DNA from: a virus
DNA: 5,658 nucleotides
Direction: 5' to 3' (one strand)
IMG/VR virus record: IMGVR_UViG_3300045988_009858
Span: 1 to 5,658 of that record
Part shown: positions 1 to 4,493 of the stretch, in pieces
Layout of the letters: each line of letters starts with the position of its first letter
Position numbering within the stretch: position 1 is the stretch's first letter
The notes under the pieces: generated by a model
Told to the model about the DNA's origin: nothing
What the model saw: the letters and a program-made list of their open reading frames with translations, nothing else
Databases searched by the model: none
Position numbers and translations under genes: made by a program

Positions 1-1023
1 TATATACAATCAGCAGGGTTAGATTTGCTCGACGAGCTAAGAGAAAAAATACTCAAAGCAGGCAGCACACAATTCATTGTTGCAGCGGGAACAAACAAAT
101 ACTTTACAGACGTATTAGGAGTTAATGGGGGAAAACTAAACCTCAAGGAAGCAGGATGCGGGTTAATTTTGAAAACCTACCAAAGTGATATCTTCAATAA
201 CTGGATTAAGACAGAGTGGGTAGACGGAGAAAATGGAATCAGCGCAATAACAGCAATTAGCACGGCAGGAGATAAATTTACAATAGACCAGCTGAATCTA
301 TCGAAAAAAGTATATGACATGTTAAACAGAATTGCGGTAAGCGGTGGAACTTATCAAGACTGGGTTGAAACAGTATATACATCAAGCTGGAATATGCACA
401 CGGAAACACCTATGTACGAGGGTGGAATGTCAAGTGAAATAGAATTTCAAGAGGTTGTAAGTAATTCAGCAACAGCCGATGAACCATTGGGAACATTAGC
501 AGGTAGAGGTATCAATACCTCGAAAAAGGGAGGAAAATTGCACATCAAAGTGACAGAACCTAGTTACATCATGGGAATAGTAAGTATTACACCTCGTGTA
601 GATTATTGCCAGGGAAACGATTTCGACATGTACTTCAAAACGCTAGACGATCTACACAAACCAGCACTTGACGGTATAGGTTATCAGGACTTATTAACCT
701 GTAAAGCAGCAGGGTGGGTAGCAGATAACGTTGCGTACGGCAAGACGGTAGCATGGGTAGACTACATGACCAACTTCAACAAAACTTACGGAACATTCGC
801 TGAGAACGGTAATGAAGCATTCATGGTACTGAACAGAATATTTGAGCCAAAAGACGGAGATTTTACAAGTACAGAAATAGACAATACGAGTTATATAGAC
901 CCGAGTAAGTATAATTATATTTTTGCGGAAACATCAGCAGAAAGCCAAAATTTTTGGGTACAAATCGGATTCGGAATTGAATCAAGAAGAGTTATGTCAG
1001 CAAAACAAATACCTAACTTATAA
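1..1023 (+). CDS. VP1: Major capsid protein VP1 (F-like), C-terminal 340 codons; in-frame continuation of 4705..5559 across the circular junction
   Basis: Frame 1 is open from base 1 to TAA 1021-1023. Bases 1-99 are identical to 5560-5658, and 5560 is a codon start of the ORF opening at ATG 4705. The joined CDS join(4705..5559,1..1023) is 1878 nt (625 aa), the size expected for a microvirus VP1. The TTG start at 25 in the ORF track is an artefact of the window edge. Confidence 0.9.
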   Translation, partial: YIQSAGLDLLDELREKILKAGSTQFIVAAGTNKYFTDVLGVNGGKLNLKEAGCGLILKTYQSDIFNNWIKTEWVDGENGISAITAISTAGDKFTIDQLNLSKKVYDMLNRIAVSGGTYQDWVETVYTSSWNMHTETPMYEGGMSSEIEFQEVVSNSATADEPLGTLAGRGINTSKKGGKLHIKVTEPSYIMGIVSITPRVDYCQGNDFDMYFKTLDDLHKPALDGIGYQDLLTCKAAGWVADNVAYGKTVAWVDYMTNFNKTYGTFAENGNEAFMVLNRIFEPKDGDFTSTEIDNTSYIDPSKYNYIFAETSAESQNFWVQIGFGIESRRVMSAKQIPNL

Positions 1024-1024
1024 T

Positions 1025-1327
1025 ATGAAAAGAACAAAAAATATACCAAGTTACATGGGTTCGGTAGAATCATTCGAGGGCGAATCCATCGAGAAAAAAG
1101 TATCAAAACTGATTGAAAACAACGAACCAATAACGGACGGAGCACCGATAATCTTTACAGAGAAAAAAGACGGGGTATTACCTCAGTACGACATACGAAC
1201 GGACAAATGGGACATAGCACAATCGGCTATGGATTTAGCTAACGCAAGTAAAATTGCCAAGAGTAAAGGAATGAAAAAGCCTGAAGAACCACAACAGCCT
1301 GGAGAACCACAACAGCCTGGGGAATGA
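1025..1327 (+). CDS. Small structural protein, probably an internal scaffolding protein (VP3-like), 100 aa
   Basis: ATG 1025 lies 1 nt after the VP1 stop and is in frame with track ORF 923..1327. The segment ...GVLPQYDIRTDKWDIAQSAMD... resembles the 'IRTDR(F/W)..A..AMD' signature I recall from gokushovirus/Chlamydia-phage scaffold proteins. The position directly after VP1 fits. This is recognition from memory only. Confidence 0.6.
   Translation: MKRTKNIPSYMGSVESFEGESIEKKVSKLIENNEPITDGAPIIFTEKKDGVLPQYDIRTDKWDIAQSAMDLANASKIAKSKGMKKPEEPQQPGEPQQPGE
1286..1321 (+). repeat. Perfect-but-one 18-bp tandem duplication (gaaccacaacagcctggr x2) encoding EPQQPG EPQQPG at the C-terminus of the scaffold-like protein
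   Basis: 1286-1303 gaaccacaacagcctgga is followed directly by 1304-1321 gaaccacaacagcctggg. The stop TGA is at 1325-1327. Confidence 0.95.
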
Positions 1328-1347
1328 CGGCAAAGCACGTATGAGTA

Positions 1348-1371
1348 TAAGGGACTTTTCAGAGTCCCTTA
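1348..1371 (+). promoter_or_regulatory. Intergenic stem-loop (9-bp stem taagggact/agtccctta, 6-nt loop tttcag); possible leaky terminator or RNA/ssDNA structural element
   Basis: Perfect inverted repeat 1348-1356 / 1363-1371, read directly. It lies 21 nt after the scaffold-like stop. Only a weak U-tract follows (acttct). Confidence 0.5.
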
Positions 1372-1383
1372 CTTCTAACGAAT

Positions 1384-1399
1384 CACACGGGTACGTGTG
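1384..1399 (+). promoter_or_regulatory. Second intergenic stem-loop (cacacg ggta cgtgtg)
   Basis: 6-bp perfect stem 1384-1389 / 1394-1399 with a 4-nt loop, 13 nt after the first hairpin and 52 nt before the VP2 ATG. Confidence 0.4.
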
Positions 1400-1450
1400 T
1401 ACTCTTATATATGAACTAAGTTATTAACGCTTTTAAAAAAAGCTACGAAA

Positions 1451-2491
1451 ATGGGAATCGGAACAGCAATAGGAAGTGCAGCCCTAGGAGGGCTGACAGG
1501 TGGAGTTGGAGGTCTAGTATCAGGAGCAATCGGAGGGCTAGGCTCACTAATGGGAATCACCAGGCGAAAAGAGAAAAAAGCTCGAGAAGCCGAAGAAAGA
1601 GAACACCAAAGACAACTGGAATACATGGGGCTACAAGCTCAGTATAACAAAGAGCAAGCGAGATACTCTACAGATCTAAGCAAAGAGATGTGGGACTACA
1701 CCAACTTTGAAAATCAGGTAAAACACCTGGAAGCAGCGGGGTTGAATCCAGCACTACTATACGGTAGCGGTGGCGGTGGCGGTGGAAGTGCGGCAGGTGG
1801 AGGAAGTGCAGCAGGAGTAGGACTACCAACATCGACAGGTGTAGGAATGGGCATCCAATGGGAACAAATGGAAGCTCAGAAGGAACTGGCTAAAGCAGAG
1901 GCTGCGAAAACCAACGCAGAGGCAGCTAAACTGATGACAACTGACACTGAGAACGTGAAGTCAGAAACCGAAAAGAATAAACAAGAGATCAAAGAATCCG
2001 AGAAGAGAATAGAACACCTAACCAGTCAAATACATAAGACTAATGAAGAAAGCAAAGGGATAGAATTTACCAACTATCTGAACGAGCTACGAAAGGGCAT
2101 TAAGTTACAGGGAGAAGTAAACGGAAAAACAACATGGACTAAGGGTTTTGAAGAGATTTTCAAGGGAAAAGAACTTCAAAGAATGTTAGCAGATTACGGA
2201 ATCTCACAGAAAGAATATCAAGAGGCTCACAACGATAAAGAGGTTGCAATGAGGTTATCTGAAGCTCTCGACGAGATTGCAAACGGGAAAATAGCGGTAT
2301 TCGGCAAAATGGTTGAAGAAGCGAAACAAGCCAAAAATGAAACAGCCAGGCAGAAGTGGCAATTCGAACAGGATAAGGCATTCAGCGACCTGATAAATGA
2401 ACTAGGAGGTGACGGCAAGTACGGAAAATTACTAACAGGAATAATCAGTGCAATATTCAATAAGTGGCACGGATTCGGAAAATCCAAATAA
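1451..2491 (+). CDS. VP2: VP2 minor capsid / DNA pilot protein (phiX174 H analogue), 346 aa
   Basis: Glycine-zipper hydrophobic N-terminus (MGIGTAIGSAALGGLTGGVGGLVSGAIGGLGSLMGI). The motif LEAAGLNPALLYG is typical of microvirus VP2. A poly-Gly/Ala linker (GSGGGGGGSAAGGGSAAG) follows, then a long charged heptad-like helical region (EQMEAQKELAKAEAAKTNAEAAK...), as expected for a pilot-protein coiled-coil tube. The gene order VP1-(scaffold)-VP2-VP4 fits. Confidence 0.88.
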   Translation: MGIGTAIGSAALGGLTGGVGGLVSGAIGGLGSLMGITRRKEKKAREAEEREHQRQLEYMGLQAQYNKEQARYSTDLSKEMWDYTNFENQVKHLEAAGLNPALLYGSGGGGGGSAAGGGSAAGVGLPTSTGVGMGIQWEQMEAQKELAKAEAAKTNAEAAKLMTTDTENVKSETEKNKQEIKESEKRIEHLTSQIHKTNEESKGIEFTNYLNELRKGIKLQGEVNGKTTWTKGFEEIFKGKELQRMLADYGISQKEYQEAHNDKEVAMRLSEALDEIANGKIAVFGKMVEEAKQAKNETARQKWQFEQDKAFSDLINELGGDGKYGKLLTGIISAIFNKWHGFGKSK

Positions 2492-2498
2492 TAGAATT

Positions 2499-3431
2499 AT
2501 GTGTCTATATACGAAATACATAACGAATAAAAAATACCAGCCAAATCGGAAAAATAAATTTAATGCGCCTGTCTGTGAAGACAGGCGTTTACTTTTAGTG
2601 CCGGCGAAATGCGGAAGATGTATCGAATGTCGCAAAGCGAGGAAAAGAGAATGGGTAATCAGACTGAATGAAGAGATCCGGAATCATCCTGGAAGAGCGA
2701 CCTTCTGGACGCTAACAATAAGTAACGAATCGTACGAAAAACTGAAGAGTGACAGTAAAAAAAAAGACAGAGATAGTATATGTAAACTAGCGGTCAAGAG
2801 AATGCTGGAACGAATACGCAAGAAAACGAAAAAGTCTGTCAGGCACTGGTTCATCACGGAACTAGGCGAGAATACAGGACGAATACACCTACACGGCATA
2901 TGCTGGGGAAATCCTGACTTAATAAAGGATAACTGGAAATACGGATTCGTATTTCAAGGGAATATGTGCAATGAGAAAACAGTGAACTACGTAGTGAAAT
3001 ATATGCTAAAAGAAAGCCCAATAGACCGAAACTATATAGGAATTGTACTGTGCAGCGCAGGAATAGGCAAGGGGTATGAACAAAGCTATAACAGCAAAAG
3101 AAATGCGTACAGGGAAAATAATACCAATGAATATTACAAACTACCAAATGGAATGGAACTTCCATTACCTGAATACTATCGGAAAAAAATATACAGCGAA
3201 GAAGAGCGAGAAAAACTGTGGATAGAGAAGCAGGAGAGAGGCTACAGATACATTTGTGGCGAAAAGGTATCAATAGATGATGAAGAAGAATACAACAGTA
3301 TTCTGAATTACTACCGTGAAAGAGCTAAAGAATTGTATAACGAAAACTATGACAACTGGGAGAAAGAGCGGCACAAGAAGCAACTTCAAAAACTCAAAGA
3401 ATATCAACAAGAACACAAAAGAGGCGGTTAA
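2499..3431 (+). CDS. VP4: VP4 replication initiation protein (HUH rolling-circle endonuclease, phiX174 gpA analogue), 310 aa
   Basis: ATG 2499 is in frame with track ORF 2448..3431 and 8 nt after the VP2 stop, giving the N-terminus MCLY... All three RCR motifs are present: motif 1 FWTLTI (2703-2720), motif 2 HLH in GRIHLHGICW (2886-2894), and motif 3 with paired tyrosines Y-VVK-Y in NYVVKYMLK (Tyr codons 2988-2990 and 3000-3002; compare phiX gpA YVAKY). There is also an N-terminal CGRCIECR cysteine cluster. Confidence 0.92.
   Translation: MCLYTKYITNKKYQPNRKNKFNAPVCEDRRLLLVPAKCGRCIECRKARKREWVIRLNEEIRNHPGRATFWTLTISNESYEKLKSDSKKKDRDSICKLAVKRMLERIRKKTKKSVRHWFITELGENTGRIHLHGICWGNPDLIKDNWKYGFVFQGNMCNEKTVNYVVKYMLKESPIDRNYIGIVLCSAGIGKGYEQSYNSKRNAYRENNTNEYYKLPNGMELPLPEYYRKKIYSEEEREKLWIEKQERGYRYICGEKVSIDDEEEYNSILNYYRERAKELYNENYDNWEKERHKKQLQKLKEYQQEHKRGG
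2566..2597 (+). terminator. Intragenic terminator-like hairpin inside the 5' end of VP4 (8-bp stem cgcctgtc/gacaggcg, loop tgtgaa, then tttactttta)
   Basis: Perfect inverted repeat 2566-2573 / 2580-2587 (6 of 8 G:C pairs), immediately followed by a T-rich run at 2588-2597. It spans codons 23-30 of VP4 (APVCEDRR). Confidence 0.4.
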
Positions 3432-3445
3432 TAACCGCTTTTTTT
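3423..3445 (+). terminator. Rho-independent terminator at the end of VP4
   Basis: ggcggtta a taaccgc palindrome (stem gcggt/accgc plus extensions), immediately followed by seven T (3439-3445). The VP4 stop codon TAA 3429-3431 sits in the hairpin apex. Confidence 0.8.
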
Positions 3446-3492
3446 GTGTTGATAAGTATGCAAAATCGGTTAATAAACATGTTGATAACTTG
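3427..3492 (+). repeat. Cluster 1 of phased direct repeats: GTTAATAA / GTTGATAA / GTTAATAA / GTTGATAA
   Basis: Copies start at 3427, 3448, 3469 and 3481 (spacing 21, 21, 12 bp). Longer exact matches are cggttaataa at 3425-3434 = 3467-3476 and tgttgataa at 3447-3455 = 3480-3488. An 8-bp palindrome aacatgtt (3476-3483) bridges copies 3 and 4. Confidence 0.7.
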
Positions 3493-3580
3493 TGAATAAA
3501 AAAATAACTTTTTAACACTTTATTAAGATTTGATTTATATATAGAAAAAAGATTTATATTTCAAAATTTAATAATAGAAA

Positions 3581-3666
3581 GTTATAAAAAGTTATTAACA
3601 GAGTTATGAACAAGATAAATAGCTATGTTTCAGGCTATTAACATGGTTATGAACAGTTTCAACAGG
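3581..3666 (+). repeat. Cluster 2 of iteron-like direct repeats, consensus RGYTATKAACAG, 6-7 copies
   Basis: Copies start at 3581 (gttataaaaa), 3591 (gttattaacag), 3603 (gttatgaacaag), 3622 (gctatgtttcag), 3634 (gctattaacatg) and 3646 (gttatgaacag), plus a degenerate tttcaacagg at 3657. Spacing is 10/12/19/12/12 bp. The exact 10-mer gttatgaaca occurs at 3603-3612 and 3646-3655. The 24-bp unit 3591-3614 recurs at 3634-3657 with 19/24 identity, offset 43 bp. Confidence 0.7.
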
Positions 3667-3700
3667 ATATTATTATCATATATATTTCTGTTTATATAGA

Positions 3701-3718
3701 AAATTATAAAAATTATAA
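3701..3718 (+). repeat. Exact tandem 9-mer aaattataa x2 abutting the left edge of the GC-rich island
   Basis: 3701-3709 = 3710-3718, read directly. The island begins at 3721. Confidence 0.9.
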
Positions 3719-3720
3719 TA

Positions 3721-4020
3721 AGGGCGTTACCCCTAAAGGGGTCGGGCTTTCCGGCTCAGACATATGCTTCGCATACTCGCCTCCAATCCCTAACGCAGCA
3801 GCGCATAGGATAGTACGGCTTCCATACAACATCCATGTATCAGAGAGTGAGAGCCAGATAATAATTTTTACGCGGGCAAGGTGTTAATATCGGAGGGAAG
3901 CTCGCACTCCGTGCGCCGGAATCAGGCTACATGTCACACAGCAGCACTAAGTTATCTAAGGTGCTAACGCTATCGGGGCTACGCGCCCCTATACCCCTCG
4001 TACGCAACAAAGTTGCGATT
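3721..4020 (+). other. GC-rich, hairpin-dense non-coding island of unknown function (candidate ssDNA complementary-strand origin, structured RNA, or recombination module)
   Basis: Hand count gives 157/300 G+C (52%) against 43/240 (18%) for 3481-3720. Local hairpins: 3729-3742 (acccc taaa ggggt), 3763-3775 (tatgc ttc gcata), 3903-3915 (cgcac tcc gtgcg), 3943-3965 (agcac...gtgct), 3975-3989 (ggggc tacgc gcccc), 4003-4017 (cgcaac aaa gttgcg). Longer-range complements: gcgtta 3724-3729 with taacgc 3791-3796 (or 3965-3970), and ggctc 3753-3757 with gagcc 3851-3855. There is no convincing ORF. The island lies between the terminator (3423-3445) and the promoter (4050-4086). Confidence 0.55.
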
Positions 4021-4049
4021 ATATATGCCTACGGCAATTTTTTACAAAA

Positions 4050-4086
4050 TATATTTGTTACTATCGGAAAAAATACAGTATATTTG
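4050..4086 (+). promoter_or_regulatory. Bacteroides-type promoter (-33 TTTG, -7 TAnnTTTG) driving the whole gene string
   Basis: TATATTTG at 4079-4086 matches the -7 consensus TAnnTTTG. TTTG at 4054-4057 lies 21 nt upstream as the -33 element, and is itself part of a second TATATTTG at 4050-4057. The first gene's ATG (4103) is 17 nt downstream of the -7 box. I found no other such pair in an intergenic position. Confidence 0.6.
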
Positions 4087-4102
4087 CAAAAAGCTAAAAA
4101 TT

Positions 4103-4291
4103 ATGAAAGAAAAATACGAAATCGAAATACATGATAAAACAGCAAGAGGCATATATGTATATATACATGAATCAACATCATTCTACAATGCTTTTTTACA
4201 GGCAAAAGCAATACAAAGAGTGTATGAACATAGCTGGCGGAGGAAAACAGAAATAATAGCAATTAAAAAACAAAACAATGAAAATGAATGA
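4103..4291 (+). CDS. Hypothetical small protein, 62 aa
   Basis: ATG 4103 is in frame with track ORF 4013..4291 and is the first ATG downstream of the predicted promoter. The upstream part of the track ORF runs through the promoter and the island edge. The A-rich codon usage matches the other phage genes. There are no recognisable motifs. Confidence 0.55.
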   Translation: MKEKYEIEIHDKTARGIYVYIHESTSFYNAFLQAKAIQRVYEHSWRRKTEIIAIKKQNNENE

Positions 4292-4493
4292 AAAGTACAA
4301 AAAGTTAATTCGTGAAATCACGATTGCAGTATTATCAGCTATCCTGACATGGTTAGGGGTGAGTTGTACCAACATGCTGAGCGTTCAGAAGAATGTGAAA
4401 GGAAGCAGCATGAGTACAGAAAATAAAACAGAAGGTAAAGTAAGTGCAGATAGCACAAGTATTAATTTATTTAACAAGGAGGACAAAAAATGA
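4278..4493 (+). CDS. Small membrane-anchored or lipoprotein-like protein, 71 aa
   Basis: The product has a basic N-terminus (MKMNEKYKKLIRE), a 16-residue hydrophobic stretch (ITIAVLSAILTWLGVS), Cys30 (tgt 4365-4367) in a lipobox-like LGVSC context, and a hydrophilic Ser/Thr/Lys-rich tail. The start overlaps the previous ORF by 14 nt. Confidence 0.6.
   Translation: MKMNEKYKKLIREITIAVLSAILTWLGVSCTNMLSVQKNVKGSSMSTENKTEGKVSADSTSINLFNKEDKK

Noticed and set aside
923-1024. Upstream extension of the scaffold-like ORF (track start 923), overlapping the VP1 3' end
   Set aside because: An in-frame ATG at 1025, immediately after the VP1 stop, gives a compact non-overlapping gene. The extension (MRKHQQKAKIFGYKSDSELNQEELCQQNKYLTYN) looks like an out-of-frame read of VP1.
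2448-2498. GTG-initiated extension of VP4 (track start 2448), overlapping the VP2 3' end
   Set aside because: ATG 2499 gives an MC... N-terminus of the kind I recall at the start of microvirus VP4 proteins, 8 nt after the VP2 stop. There is no need to invoke a GTG start inside VP2.
3427-3720. CRISPR array, as an explanation for the short direct repeats
   Set aside because: The repeats are 8-12 bp, degenerate, and contiguous or 10-21 bp apart, with no spacers of CRISPR size. This is inconsistent with CRISPR architecture.
3724-3796. tRNA-like element: a 73-nt span closed by the 6-bp stem gcgtta/taacgc, with internal hairpins
   Set aside because: There is no cloverleaf. The first hairpin abuts the closing stem and has a 4-nt loop. 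There is no T-loop (GTTCRANYC-like) or D-loop signature on either strand, and the closing stem is only 6 bp with mismatches beyond.
3798-3826. dif/XerCD-like site (gcagcgcatag resembles the E. coli XerC arm GGTGCGCATAA at 8/11 positions)
   Set aside because: The sequence where the central region and XerD arm should be (gatagt acggcttccat) does not resemble TGTATA TTATGTTAAAT. The Bacteroidota dif consensus is also not something I can verify from memory.
3642-3884. 81-codon stop-free stretch in frame 3 spanning the AT-rich/GC-island boundary, and possible stop-codon recoding to open frames in 3700-3864
   Set aside because: There is no ATG/GTG/TTG start in that frame. In frame 1, recoding TAG (3811) would still leave tandem TAA TAA (3859-3864). 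The well-supported genes end in TAA or TGA; TAG is not used as a stop, so TAG reassignment is untested, but TAA/TGA reassignment is unlikely.
3721-4020. Known small self-cleaving ribozyme cores (hammerhead CUGAUGA...GAAA; twister-like CCCAAGCCC) within the island
   Set aside because: By eye there is no ctgatga or tcatcag on either strand, and no match to the twister core I remember. I cannot exclude HDV-like or other structure-defined ribozymes without a covariance-model search.
4013-4102. Upstream extension of ORF 4013..4291
   Set aside because: It runs through the predicted promoter and the island edge. The internal ATG 4103, just downstream of the -7 box, is the plausible start.
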